Shown piece after piece: positions 8,319-18,547 of a stretch of DNA of 64,000 nucleotides (its first letter is position 1; every line of letters starts with the position of its first letter). The position numbers were made by a program, and so were the translations under genes. The notes beneath the pieces were generated by a model. It worked only from the letters and a program-made list of their open reading frames with translations, made no database searches and was not told the DNA's origin. This stretch comes from Escherichia phage vB_EcoM_SQ17. Location: the sequence record MW882907; one strand, 5' to 3'.

Positions 8319-8609
8319 TCACCGTACCATATTAATGTAATTATATTCAATGCAACGCAATTTCAAAGGATTCTTGAAAATATCATATTCAAGAGGGCCT
8401 TTTTCTGTTTCAATAAAGAAATCAAAGTTAACTGTGTTAAATTTACCATCTTCACAGAGTAATTTAACCTGTGAAGACGAACGGTCGATATAAACCTTTT
8501 CAACTTCAAAAATAGTCAAAATACCATAGTCATCGACCAGTGCTTTAGCTGCACGTTGATCGCTTTCATATCCATTCTCGACAGATTTTACTTTAGCATA
8601 AAGAATCAT
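8319..8609 (-). CDS. hypothetical protein
   Basis: 96-aa ORF in operon-like spacing. Confidence 0.35.
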   Translation of the reverse strand: MILYAKVKSVENGYESDQRAAKALVDDYGILTIFEVEKVYIDRSSSQVKLLCEDGKFNTVNFDFFIETEKGPLEYDIFKNPLKLRCIEYNYINMVR

Positions 8610-8986
8610 GAGTGTTCCACCACTTCAAAAGTATGTGCACTGACAATCTGGTACCAGTCAAAATTTTCTTCAGCATTTTTGTAGATTTCACGAAGAGCTT
8701 CAACAGTTTTTCCTGTAGCAACAAGATCGTCAATACCGCCAAGAGGATAACAGTCGTAACCAGCAAACAGAAGGAAATTAATAGTTTCTGTAGGTTCTGG
8801 ATGCAGAATACCGTTATCATCTACCACTTCAAAGAAAGTGTAAGAAGGAGTACAAGTTTTAATCCAAGCCCAGGCTTGAGCCGCTGAATCAAATGGTCTG
8901 CGTATCAAACGACAATCAGGGTCTTTAGAAGGATTTGCTTCAAAATCCGCATATACTTGATATTTCATTTTACTCACCTTTTGCAA
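8606..8986 (-). CDS. hypothetical protein
   Basis: 126-aa ORF overlapping neighbours by a few nt. Confidence 0.4.
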   Translation of the reverse strand: MQKVSKMKYQVYADFEANPSKDPDCRLIRRPFDSAAQAWAWIKTCTPSYTFFEVVDDNGILHPEPTETINFLLFAGYDCYPLGGIDDLVATGKTVEALREIYKNAEENFDWYQIVSAHTFEVVEHS

Positions 8987-9155
8987 TTTTATCCATAACG
9001 ATAGCGATTAAGCCGATTAGAAATGCTACTACCAATGAGATAGAATTTTCTGTTGTTGTCAGTAGTCCACAAATGAATCCTACAAACATCGAAAAACTAA
9101 AAGCCATTGAAGCAATTACTACAGCAACATTACGAATCAGTTCAGCGCGTTTCAT
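8970..9155 (-). CDS. small hydrophobic protein
   Basis: 61-aa ORF with two hydrophobic stretches; early promoter upstream. Confidence 0.3.
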   Translation of the reverse strand: MKRAELIRNVAVVIASMAFSFSMFVGFICGLLTTTENSISLVVAFLIGLIAIVMDKIAKGE

Positions 9156-9179
9156 TTTATTCTCCTCAGTAGTTGATAG

Positions 9180-9213
9180 GGTAATAGTATCACTACCCTA
9201 TCTAAAAGTAAAC
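9180..9213 (-). promoter_or_regulatory. T4-type early promoter
   Basis: minus-strand GTTTAC, 18 nt, TACTAT. Confidence 0.5.
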
Positions 9214-9224
9214 GGTTTTATAAA

Positions 9225-9533
9225 CTATTTTATTCCGCGTGATGCAATCGTATTCTGCCGTTTAACGCCAGTTTGTTTAAAGTTATGATTGTCGAGTTGA
9301 TCGGTACGAGCAACTCCGAATGATGATTTAATCTTAGCTTTAGATCCTTTAGTTATAGAAATATACATCTCGGGAGCCCCTTTCTTAAAGTCCGAAGCAA
9401 TTACTTCAACACCGTTCTTAGCAAGTGACCTCAGAATTGCTTCCGCATACTCATCATCAAGACCCGCTTGAGTATGAATAACGAATGTCTTTGGCGCAGC
9501 TGCTTCACAGATAAATTCTTTAAATGTTTTCAT
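9225..9533 (-). CDS. internal protein I-like (CTS leader)
   Basis: MKTFKEFICEAA leader; at the T4 ipI locus adjacent to 57B. Confidence 0.6.
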   Translation of the reverse strand: MKTFKEFICEAAAPKTFVIHTQAGLDDEYAEAILRSLAKNGVEVIASDFKKGAPEMYISITKGSKAKIKSSFGVARTDQLDNHNFKQTGVKRQNTIASRGIK

Positions 9534-9562
9534 TTTATTTTCCTAATTAATTTTGATGAGAT

Positions 9563-9592
9563 AATAGTACCACAACCCTATTTAAAAGTAAA
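9563..9592 (-). promoter_or_regulatory. T4-type early promoter
   Basis: minus-strand GTTTAC, 18 nt, TACTAT upstream of IP-like gene. Confidence 0.5.
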
Positions 9593-9593
9593 C

Positions 9594-9866
9594 TCATTTT
9601 AAATAAATTGCGTATTTTTTATAACCCGCTGTCTCATGTCGAAGACCCTTATCATTAGCAAAACGCTCAATGTTGTTAATTTGATTCTGGTCAAGTTCAG
9701 AGATGTCAAACACGAAATAGTTACGTTTGTTACCAACTGTTACATAGTCAGTTAAATCAATACCATATAGGTAATTGATGTTATCAATCATAGTCTTGAC
9801 AGCTTTGCTAATTTTTACTTTTTCATTAAAAGCAGCTTCATTGATAAATTCTTTAAATGTTTTCAT
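9594..9866 (-). CDS. internal protein-like (CTS leader)
   Basis: Internal Met gives MKTFKEFINEAA leader; early promoter lies between track ORF start and this Met, supporting the internal start. Confidence 0.6.
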   Translation of the reverse strand: MKTFKEFINEAAFNEKVKISKAVKTMIDNINYLYGIDLTDYVTVGNKRNYFVFDISELDQNQINNIERFANDKGLRHETAGYKKYAIYLK

Positions 9867-9902
9867 TTTATTCTCTAATTTCACATTTGTTTTGATAGGA
9901 TG

Positions 9903-9932
9903 ATAGTAACACACCATCATCCTTATGTAAAC
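9903..9932 (-). promoter_or_regulatory. T4-type early promoter
   Basis: minus-strand GTTTAC, ~18 nt, TACTAT. Confidence 0.5.
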
Positions 9933-9944
9933 TGTTTTGTGAAA

Positions 9945-10630
<686 letters not shown>

Positions 10631-10634
10631 TTTA

Positions 10635-11369
10635 TTACCTTAAGATTGTTTCAATTTTAGAATAAAGCTCTTCTAAAGAGCCGTCGTTTGTAATAACTAA
10701 ATCGCCTTCTTCAATAGGCAACCCAGCTTCTGTAATATGTTTATCGGTGGATTCCGTACCAGAGCGAACCACATGAATAACTGTAGCACCCATCGCTCTA
10801 GCGGTTTCCATTTCATGGACTTGGCGTGTATCGGTCACAACGTAGTAATCGAAATCACTTCCAATATAATCCATATAGTTTAATGCAAAAAGCTTAACCC
10901 AATACATACGGTCAAATAAATTAACGACAACATCCGTACCGAGGGCTTGCATAAGACGGCGGATTGACCATGTGTCGTTGATATTATTTATAGCTTCACG
11001 CAGGGCTTCATATGGTTTAATATCTAGATATGAATACCCACCTTCTAATGATGATAATACTTTAACATTATTAATTGGTAAATATTGACTTTGTAAATAA
11101 ATTAGCGCTTCTTCCAATAATTCAATAACATCCAACTTATTGATATTTAATGGTGTTTCACGGTCGTATCCAATGCCTTCAAAGTATTCATATTTCAACT
11201 CGGTGAATACATCCGGGTTTTCGGCGTGTTTACGCTCCCAAGCTATTGCTAGAGCGTCTTTAATTGGATATGCTAATTGATATTTTATGGATTTAAAGTT
11301 TGAATTGATGTAATCAGCGGTGGTGTCTTTACCACTACGTTTGATGCCGCTTAAAAAGATTAGCTCCAT
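10635..11369 (-). CDS. 1: deoxynucleoside monophosphate kinase
   Basis: IFLSGIKRSGKDTTAD P-loop and overall match to T4 gp1 from memory. Confidence 0.9.
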   Translation of the reverse strand: MELIFLSGIKRSGKDTTADYINSNFKSIKYQLAYPIKDALAIAWERKHAENPDVFTELKYEYFEGIGYDRETPLNINKLDVIELLEEALIYLQSQYLPINNVKVLSSLEGGYSYLDIKPYEALREAINNINDTWSIRRLMQALGTDVVVNLFDRMYWVKLFALNYMDYIGSDFDYYVVTDTRQVHEMETARAMGATVIHVVRSGTESTDKHITEAGLPIEEGDLVITNDGSLEELYSKIETILR

Positions 11370-11422
11370 AGGTTTTCCTCATATAATTTATGAGTGATTA
11401 TAACATACGGAGCTAGAAGCGA

Positions 11423-12013
11423 TTAACGCAAGGAAGGGTGTCTAGAAATGGATTTAGATTCGACTGCTTGACGTGGTTGTTGAGATACAATGACTTCGCC
11501 ATCCTTTTCTATCGTCATATACGCGTAGTGAATAGTTGCTACGCACGTAACGGCAGGGTCAGAGTCTTCGGTATAACTAAATTCAATTTCACTCAAATCA
11601 GAAATCCATGGTTTATAGAAATTTGCCGTCAAAACTACTTCGGTCTTATTGTTGTTTAAAATGTGCAAAGTAACAAACTCAGGACCATCAGAGTGGGCCG
11701 TATTATGTCCGGTTATATAGTTATTAGTGCTGAGCATCCATTTATACATGTTCATCCAGGACGTCATGTCTTCATCAACTATAAATCGTACAACAAAAGG
11801 GTCATATTCAAATGTAGTGCCTGCACGCATTGCACGTCCTAACCCCATTGTGCCTGTCACAGTTTCAACAACAGGAATTCTCACACCTGGCAGTGGAGCC
11901 GTTTGGGCATTGAGCACAAAACCTGAAGTTCGTGTACTATCCGGGATATCCACAACAAAGTTTGTTATATTTGTTTGGTTAAAAATCTGTCTCGCTGGAC
12001 GAGTCATAAGCAC
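11423..12013 (-). CDS. 3: tail sheath stabiliser / tube terminator gp3
   Basis: Synteny between genes 1 and 2; length ~T4 gp3 plus ~20 aa. Confidence 0.6.
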   Translation of the reverse strand: MLMTRPARQIFNQTNITNFVVDIPDSTRTSGFVLNAQTAPLPGVRIPVVETVTGTMGLGRAMRAGTTFEYDPFVVRFIVDEDMTSWMNMYKWMLSTNNYITGHNTAHSDGPEFVTLHILNNNKTEVVLTANFYKPWISDLSEIEFSYTEDSDPAVTCVATIHYAYMTIEKDGEVIVSQQPRQAVESKSISRHPSLR

Positions 12014-12109
12014 CTCAAAAACGCTTTAATAAAAATGCAGTATAATGGTTTTAGGTCTCTTCCATTAATCTGGTTCAACAGAATATCAGAAGAACGGAAG
12101 AGAATAGAA

Positions 12110-12931
12110 TTAAGATTTCCAAACAGTATTCGCAGAGAAACGTTTTCCTTTTGACATAAACTGCTGAGTAGGTAACATGATTATGTTAGCCCAGTCTTTA
12201 GGAGCGATTTCTGTTATTGTTCCTCTAATGTGGCCTGGCAGGTATGCTTTAATCATTTTGTCAGCACCTTGAAATCCTTTCACCTTGCTCCAGTCTATTT
12301 TCAACTTTGTGTTATTAGTAATAGTAGTTGTGCTAGCATATTGCTTCAGCAATTCTTCAAGAAACTGTTGTCGTGCTTTAGGTGGGATATAGTGCAAGTT
12401 TAACCCATACATCAAATTATGTTTACCTAATCCTAAATAAATAATCAAAGGATATCGGTCCCAATACGGCAGAGTATCTTTATGTTTAGCATCATACACG
12501 TAAGTATAAATTTTGCCTGGCGTAGGCTTGACTACTTTATGACCTTTTACACTTTTCTTAATTGTTTCAACAAACCACTTAGATGATTTGTTGTTTACTG
12601 CTGCGCCTTCATTTCTAATCTTTTCTCGTATTGAACTGCGAAACGAGTTTATCATCAGAAGTTGACGTTCTTGTTTATTGAGTTTATTTTTAGGTTTAGA
12701 TTCAAGCGTTTCAATTTTCTGTGCAGTCTTAATAGATGATGCATATCTAGACATTGCAGATGTAAACGACGAGTATTTTATTCCTTTTGATTCTGCAAAT
12801 GCTTTTGCAGTGATTCCTTTCTCTTTAGCTTTCTTGTATTCTAATCCTATCTCAATCCATTTTCTTTCATTCATAGACTGAGCAATCTTAGGGGCTTGTA
12901 CGCCTTCAGATATAATTTGGAATATGCTCAT
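12110..12931 (-). CDS. 2: DNA end protector protein gp2
   Basis: 273 aa (T4 gp2 274 aa), synteny. Confidence 0.7.
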   Translation of the reverse strand: MSIFQIISEGVQAPKIAQSMNERKWIEIGLEYKKAKEKGITAKAFAESKGIKYSSFTSAMSRYASSIKTAQKIETLESKPKNKLNKQERQLLMINSFRSSIREKIRNEGAAVNNKSSKWFVETIKKSVKGHKVVKPTPGKIYTYVYDAKHKDTLPYWDRYPLIIYLGLGKHNLMYGLNLHYIPPKARQQFLEELLKQYASTTTITNNTKLKIDWSKVKGFQGADKMIKAYLPGHIRGTITEIAPKDWANIIMLPTQQFMSKGKRFSANTVWKS

Positions 12932-12933
12932 AA

Positions 12934-13383
12934 TTACCCCTTGTATCCGAGTTTTCTAAGACCATCCTCGGTTAGAACTCGGAATTTTATATTTCTCTTT
13001 TCAGCAACAGCTGAGGCAGCTTTCCATTTGTCACAGTTCACAGACCAGGTATATATTTCATTCATATAACGTTTCTTTGCTGCAGTCGTAAGATTTGCAG
13101 GCTTAATAGGTGGTTGAGTTTCTTTCTTTGGTTTTATTTCTACAAAGAACTCTTGACCTGATGCATCTTTCATCCATATGTCCATATAGTATCGACGTTT
13201 CTTACCTTCAGCATTACAAAAATATGGAATTACTGCTGTTTCACTACCCCATGCAATAATTTCTGGATTTTTATCTAACCATTCGAAAAAGAATTTTTCC
13301 CAGTTTGAACGATACGTTATTTTGGTATGGTCTCCACGGTATTTTTTTAAATTTTTTGGGACCCATTTACCAGAGTAGGCCAT
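12934..13383 (-). CDS. 4: head completion protein gp4
   Basis: Internal Met start [11 protein letters not shown]...; 149 aa like T4 gp4; track ORF extends upstream. Confidence 0.8.
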   Translation of the reverse strand: MAYSGKWVPKNLKKYRGDHTKITYRSNWEKFFFEWLDKNPEIIAWGSETAVIPYFCNAEGKKRRYYMDIWMKDASGQEFFVEIKPKKETQPPIKPANLTTAAKKRYMNEIYTWSVNCDKWKAASAVAEKRNIKFRVLTEDGLRKLGYKG

Positions 13384-13394
13384 GTTGTCCTCCT

Positions 13395-13402
13395 TATAAA
13401 TA
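13395..13402 (+). promoter_or_regulatory. late promoter TATAAATA (gene 53)
   Basis: exact TATAAATA ~43 nt upstream of gp53 start. Confidence 0.6.
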
Positions 13403-13409
13403 GTATTAT

Positions 13410-13417
13410 TATTTATA
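13410..13417 (-). promoter_or_regulatory. late promoter TATAAATA (gene 4)
   Basis: TATTTATA on plus = TATAAATA on minus, upstream of gp4 start. Confidence 0.5.
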
Positions 13418-13444
13418 CCAATTTCATATTGGAAGGAGACTATC

Positions 13445-14020
13445 TTGTTATTTACATTCTTCGACCCAATAGGATATAGTGCTAAAACAGTTAATAAGAA
13501 TGCACCTACTATTCCTATGACAGACATATTTCGTAACTATAAAGAGTACTTTAAGCGTGTTGCTGCCAATTATAGATTACGTTCTTATTATATTAAAGGC
13601 TCTCCGCGTCCTGAAGAACTAGCAAACATAATTTATGGCAACCCTCAATTATACTGGGTCCTTTTGATGTGTAATGACAACTATGATCCGTATTATGGTT
13701 GGATTACATCTCAGGAAGCGGCGTATCAAGCTTCTATTCAGAAATATGCTAATGCTGGCGGCGACCAAATTCTTTATCATATTAATGAAAATCGTGAGAA
13801 ATTTTACAATTTGGTTTCATATCCGGATGAGCCTTTAGTGTGGTACGATAAAGGTGATGAAGCTCGTAAGTATCCGCAATATAAAGGACCTTTAGCTGCA
13901 GTAGATACTTATGAAGCGGCAGTATTAGATAATGAAAAACTTCGTAAAATAAAAATTGTTGCAAAAGAAGATATAAACTCGTTTATCACAGATTTGATTC
14001 GTGAGATGGAGATTGCATAA
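13445..14020 (+). CDS. 53: baseplate wedge protein gp53
   Basis: MLFTFFDPI... match to T4 gp53; apparent TTG start after GGAGG. Confidence 0.85.
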   Translation: MLFTFFDPIGYSAKTVNKNAPTIPMTDIFRNYKEYFKRVAANYRLRSYYIKGSPRPEELANIIYGNPQLYWVLLMCNDNYDPYYGWITSQEAAYQASIQKYANAGGDQILYHINENREKFYNLVSYPDEPLVWYDKGDEARKYPQYKGPLAAVDTYEAAVLDNEKLRKIKIVAKEDINSFITDLIREMEIA

Positions 14021-15753
14021 TGGAAATGATTAGCAGTAGCCTTAATTGGTTCGTGGGTGTTGTCGAGGACAGAATGGACCCGTTAAAACAAGGGCGAGTT
14101 CGAGTTCGAGTCGTTGGTCTTCATCCAGCGCAGAGAACACAAGGTGATGTACAAGGTATTCCTACAGAAAAACTTCCATGGATGACTGTTATTCAACCTA
14201 TTACGTCTGCATCAATGTCAGGTATTGGTGGTTCTGTTACAGGTCCTGTTGAAGGAACTCGAGTATATGGTCATTTCTTAGACAAATGGAAAACAAACGG
14301 GATTGTACTTGGTACATACGGCGGAATAGTACGTGAAAAGCCTAATAGACTTGAAGGTTTTTCAGACCCGACAGGCCAGTATCCGCGACGTTTAGGTAAT
14401 GATACGAACGTACTAAACCAAGGTGGTGAAGCTGGTTATTATTCGAACTCTAACGTAATTCAAGATAACAACTTGGATTATGGTATAAACCCAGACGATA
14501 CAGATTTAGCAAATATTCCAGAAGATGATGACCCTAATTTTACAATAACAGAAATGTTACGTCGTGACGAAGGTCTTCGTGATAAAGTGTATTGGGACCA
14601 TCTCGGATATCCTACAGTAGGTATTGGACACCTTATCGTAATGGAAAAGACCCGAGATATGTCTCGAATTAATAAATTGTTATCTGATCAAGTAGGGCGT
14701 GAAGTAACAGGAAATCCCGGGACTATTACATTAGAAGAAGCAACAGCGTTATTTGAGAAGGACCTTGCTAAGATGCAGAAAGACATTCGTTCTAATTCTA
14801 AAGTAGGTCCTGTTTATGCTAAAATGAACAGATCTCGCCAAATGGCATTAGAAAACATGTGCTTCCAGATGGGCGTTGGCGGTGTAGCAAAATTCAATAC
14901 TATGCTTAAAGCAATGGCCACAGGCGATTGGAAAACCGCATACAAATCCGGACGCGATTCGTTATGGTTCCAACAGACTAAAGGGCGTGCTTCACGTGTA
15001 ACAACAATTATTTTAACCGGTAACATGGAATCATACGGTGTTCCTGTTAAAACACCGCCTTCACCAGGAGTTGGTGCCGATTTAGTTACTAGAAATACCG
15101 ATCCAGAAGACCCGGCCGGTCCTCCTATTCCGTTAGATTCACGTATCCTTTTTAAAGAACCAGAATCAAGTTATCGTGGTGAGTATCCATACGTTCATGC
15201 TATGGAAACAGAAAGCGGTCATATCCAAGAATTTGACGATACTCCAGGTAATGAACGTTATCGCTTAGTTCATCCAACAGGGTCATATGAGGAAGTTTCT
15301 CCGTCGGGGCGTCGTACTCGTAAAACTGTAGAAGACCTTTTTGACATCACTAATGGCGATGGGAACTTCTTGATTTCCGGTGATAAACTTGTTAACGTTG
15401 GTGCTAATGAAATATATTATAACATGGCCGACCGCCTCCATCAAATAGACGGCAATGACACAATCTTTATTCGTGGTAACCAATCTAAAACTGTTGAAGG
15501 CGATGGAACTCTTTACGTTAAGGGCAATATCAAAATAGTTGTTGACGGAAATGCGGATATTCTTGTTAAAGGTGATGCTAAAACTCAGGTCGAAGGGAAT
15601 CATGATTACACCGTCAACGGAAACGTTAAATGGACTGTTAATGGTAATGTTGATATGACTGTTGCCGGGGATTGGGCAGAGACAATGTCTACAATGAGCT
15701 CAATAGCTTCAGGACAATACACTGTTGACGGATCTCGTATTGATATTGGGTAA
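14020..15753 (+). CDS. 5: baseplate hub/tail lysozyme gp5
   Basis: 577 aa; OB-fold N-term, lysozyme domain (DEGLRDKVYWDHLGYPTVGIGHL), C-terminal beta-helix VxGxxxV repeats. Confidence 0.95.
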   Translation: MEMISSSLNWFVGVVEDRMDPLKQGRVRVRVVGLHPAQRTQGDVQGIPTEKLPWMTVIQPITSASMSGIGGSVTGPVEGTRVYGHFLDKWKTNGIVLGTYGGIVREKPNRLEGFSDPTGQYPRRLGNDTNVLNQGGEAGYYSNSNVIQDNNLDYGINPDDTDLANIPEDDDPNFTITEMLRRDEGLRDKVYWDHLGYPTVGIGHLIVMEKTRDMSRINKLLSDQVGREVTGNPGTITLEEATALFEKDLAKMQKDIRSNSKVGPVYAKMNRSRQMALENMCFQMGVGGVAKFNTMLKAMATGDWKTAYKSGRDSLWFQQTKGRASRVTTIILTGNMESYGVPVKTPPSPGVGADLVTRNTDPEDPAGPPIPLDSRILFKEPESSYRGEYPYVHAMETESGHIQEFDDTPGNERYRLVHPTGSYEEVSPSGRRTRKTVEDLFDITNGDGNFLISGDKLVNVGANEIYYNMADRLHQIDGNDTIFIRGNQSKTVEGDGTLYVKGNIKIVVDGNADILVKGDAKTQVEGNHDYTVNGNVKWTVNGNVDMTVAGDWAETMSTMSSIASGQYTVDGSRIDIG

Positions 15754-15756
15754 TAT

Positions 15757-16272
15757 ATGGCACAAATACTTCCTTTAAATACCGACTTAGGAGAAGACAT
15801 GGAAGGGGCGTCTATTGACGTCCTTTTTACTCCACAGTTAGAAACAACCGAAACTTTAGTGTCAATAAATATAACAGATTATGAACCGACACAAGGCATT
15901 ACGGTAGATGGTAATCGTTTATATGGAACATATGAAAGTGTGTTTAGCTTTTCTTCGGATGCATTGAAATACCGATTAAATGATGATTTTGAAACCGCAT
16001 CTTCATGGGATGATTTACCAAAAGATGAATCCACACAGTTATATTTGTGGAGAGCTCCTCAGAATCTTCGTAAAGTGTTTAGTTATACGGTTGAAATGAT
16101 TTATAACTACCAAGAAGAAAGTTCATCAGGCGGTTCTAGAAGTGACTCTGCTACAGAACCTCCACCGGCTCCAGTACAAAAAACTCTTACTAAGGTTTAT
16201 ACAAAAACTATAGTAGGAAATTGGAGCAAATGGGCTCAACAATTACGAAACTATGTTTATGCGAGGCCATAA
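15757..16272 (+). CDS. 5.1: gp5.1
   Basis: 171-aa ORF following gene 5, synteny. Confidence 0.7.
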   Translation: MAQILPLNTDLGEDMEGASIDVLFTPQLETTETLVSINITDYEPTQGITVDGNRLYGTYESVFSFSSDALKYRLNDDFETASSWDDLPKDESTQLYLWRAPQNLRKVFSYTVEMIYNYQEESSSGGSRSDSATEPPPAPVQKTLTKVYTKTIVGNWSKWAQQLRNYVYARP

Positions 16273-16274
16273 AA

Positions 16275-16568
16275 ATGTCTGGATTAAGTTACGACCAGTG
16301 CGTTACAACAGGTCATGAAGCATGGCCTCCTACAGTAATTAATGCTTCTCAATCTAAAGTATTCACCGGCGGTATTCCTGTTCTTGTAGCAGGAGACCAA
16401 ATAACACCTCATACAGAAATTAAAAAACCGTACGAGACTCATGGTGGTGTTACTGAACCTCGTACATCTAAAGTATATGTCACCGGTAAAAAGGCCGTTC
16501 AAATGGCTGACCCAATTTCATGCGGGGATACTGTTTCTCAGGCCTCGTCAAAAGTCTTTATAAAATAG
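16275..16568 (+). CDS. 5.4: PAAR-repeat spike tip protein gp5.4
   Basis: Internal Met start gives 97 aa as T4 gp5.4; track ORF start lies in gene 5.1. Confidence 0.75.
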   Translation: MSGLSYDQCVTTGHEAWPPTVINASQSKVFTGGIPVLVAGDQITPHTEIKKPYETHGGVTEPRTSKVYVTGKKAVQMADPISCGDTVSQASSKVFIK

Positions 16569-16576
16569 GAATTAAA

Positions 16577-18547
16577 ATGGCAAACACTCCTGTAAATTAT
16601 CAGTTAGTCAGAACGGCGAATGCTATTCCCGAAATTTTTATCGGGGGCACATTTGCCGAAATCAAACAGAATATTATCGAATGGCTCAACGGACAGAATG
16701 AATTTCTTGATTATGATTTTGAAGGTTCGCGTTTAAACGTATTGTGTGACCTTTTAGCATATAACACTCTTTACATCCAACAGTTCAGTAATAGTGCAGT
16801 GTATGAAAGCTTTATGCGTACTGCAAACTTGCGTAGTTCCGTTGTACAAGCGGCTCAAGATAACGGATATCTGCCTGCATCTAAATCAGCAGCACAAACA
16901 GAAATTATGCTCACATGTACGGATGCATTAAATAGAAACTATATCACTATTCCACGTGGCACTCGTTTCTTAGCATACGCTAAAGATACTTCTGTTAACC
17001 CGTATAACTTTGTTTCTACTGAAGATGTCATCGTAGTTAAAGACAAAAATAACCAATATTTTCCACGTCTTCGATTAGCTCAAGGACGTATTGTTCGCAC
17101 TGAATTAACATTTGATAGATTAAAACCTATCATTATTCGTGATAAGAATATTGACCGTAATTTGGTTAAGTTGTATGTTGACGGAGCAGAATGGATTAAC
17201 TGGACTCGCAAATCGATGGTTCATGCTGGTTCTACTTCAACCATTTATTATATGCGAGAAACTGTTGACGGGAACACTGAATTTTATTTTGGTGAAGGTG
17301 AAATCTCTATTAACACATCAGAAGGTGCTTTAACATCCAACTACATTGGTGGCCTTAAACCTGTCCAGGGTTCTAAAATCGTAATTGAATATATTTCTAC
17401 TAATGGTGCTGAAGCAAATGGTGCAGTAGGATTCTCTTATGCTGATACATTAGCTAATATCACAGTTATTGGAATTAATGAAAACCCAAGTAATAACCCT
17501 GACTTCGTTGGTGCGGATGGCGGTGGCGACCCTGAAGATATTGAACGTATCCGTGAATTAGGTACAATTAAACGTGAAACTCAACAACGATGTGTGACTG
17601 CGACTGATTACGACACATTCGTCTCTGAACGATTTGGTTCTATTATTCAAGCGGTTCAGACATTTACGGATTCATCTAAGCCTGGGTACGCATTTATTGC
17701 TGCTAAACCTAAGTCTGGGTTATATTTGACTTCCGTCCAACGAGATGATATTAAAAATTATCTTAATGAGTATAACTTAGGGACGATAACTCCTGTTGTT
17801 ATTTCTCCTGATTATTTGTTTATTAAAATGAATATTCGCGTTACGTATGCATTGAACAAATTACAAGAATCTGAACAATGGTTAGAAGGCCAAATTATTA
17901 ATAAAATAGACCGTTATTATATTGAAGATGTAGAAATTTTTAACTCATCATTTGCAAAATCTAAAATGCTAACTTATGTCGATGATGCAGATATTTCTAT
18001 TATTGGTTCTTCAGCTACTATTCAAATGGTTCGCGAGGTACAGAACTTCTACAAAACACCTGAAACAGGTATTAAATACAATAACCAGATTAAAGATAGA
18101 ACATTAGAATCTAACGTGTTTTCATTTGATAGTTTACGCGTTGACCCTGAAACGGAAGCTACTATTAAATATGACGTTCGCATTGTAGGTTCAGATAGAA
18201 ATGACCGTGGCATTGGACAAGTTATTATTGGCCCGTTTGCAGATGGCGACGTTATAGAAAATGCTTATATTCAACCATATACTGGTGACGATTTTAATAA
18301 ACTTCATGTTACGGACGGAAGAAACAAATATTACTCTATAGGTGAAGTAAATTATCCGGCTGATTCAATTTATTGGAATATAGCTAAAATTGATTTAACT
18401 TCTGATAGGTTTGAAGTTCAAACTATTGAACTCTATTCAGACCCAGCTGATGATGTTATCTTTACTAAAGACGGGTCATTAATTGTATTTGAAAATGACT
18501 TACGTCCGCAATATTTAACCATAGATTTGGAGCCTATTTCACAATGA
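16577..18547 (+). CDS. 6: baseplate wedge protein gp6
   Basis: MANTPVNYQL... ~656 aa, synteny. Confidence 0.9.
   Translation: MANTPVNYQLVRTANAIPEIFIGGTFAEIKQNIIEWLNGQNEFLDYDFEGSRLNVLCDLLAYNTLYIQQFSNSAVYESFMRTANLRSSVVQAAQDNGYLPASKSAAQTEIMLTCTDALNRNYITIPRGTRFLAYAKDTSVNPYNFVSTEDVIVVKDKNNQYFPRLRLAQGRIVRTELTFDRLKPIIIRDKNIDRNLVKLYVDGAEWINWTRKSMVHAGSTSTIYYMRETVDGNTEFYFGEGEISINTSEGALTSNYIGGLKPVQGSKIVIEYISTNGAEANGAVGFSYADTLANITVIGINENPSNNPDFVGADGGGDPEDIERIRELGTIKRETQQRCVTATDYDTFVSERFGSIIQAVQTFTDSSKPGYAFIAAKPKSGLYLTSVQRDDIKNYLNEYNLGTITPVVISPDYLFIKMNIRVTYALNKLQESEQWLEGQIINKIDRYYIEDVEIFNSSFAKSKMLTYVDDADISIIGSSATIQMVREVQNFYKTPETGIKYNNQIKDRTLESNVFSFDSLRVDPETEATIKYDVRIVGSDRNDRGIGQVIIGPFADGDVIENAYIQPYTGDDFNKLHVTDGRNKYYSIGEVNYPADSIYWNIAKIDLTSDRFEVQTIELYSDPADDVIFTKDGSLIVFENDLRPQYLTIDLEPISQ

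Noticed and set aside
4408-9225. tRNA gene cluster expected at this position by analogy with T4
   Set aside because: No intergenic space of tRNA size and no T-loop-like GGTTCGA motifs seen; the interval is fully occupied by ORFs. Cannot exclude tRNAs elsewhere in the genome.
2370-9940. Recurrent ~50-bp repeat (TTGATAGG...TAGTA...GTAAAC) that first looked like miniature transposon ends
   Set aside because: On the minus strand each copy reads GTTTAC, 17-18 nt, TATAAT/TACTAT immediately upstream of a gene start, which fits T4 early promoters better than a mobile element.
16221-16568. Track ORF start for gp5.4 (115 aa) and similar upstream extensions for gp6 (16520), gp11 (25361), uvsY (50601), gp4 (13527) and e (3930)
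   Set aside because: Extensions overlap the preceding gene and exceed known T4 protein lengths; internal Met starts reproduce the T4 N-termini.
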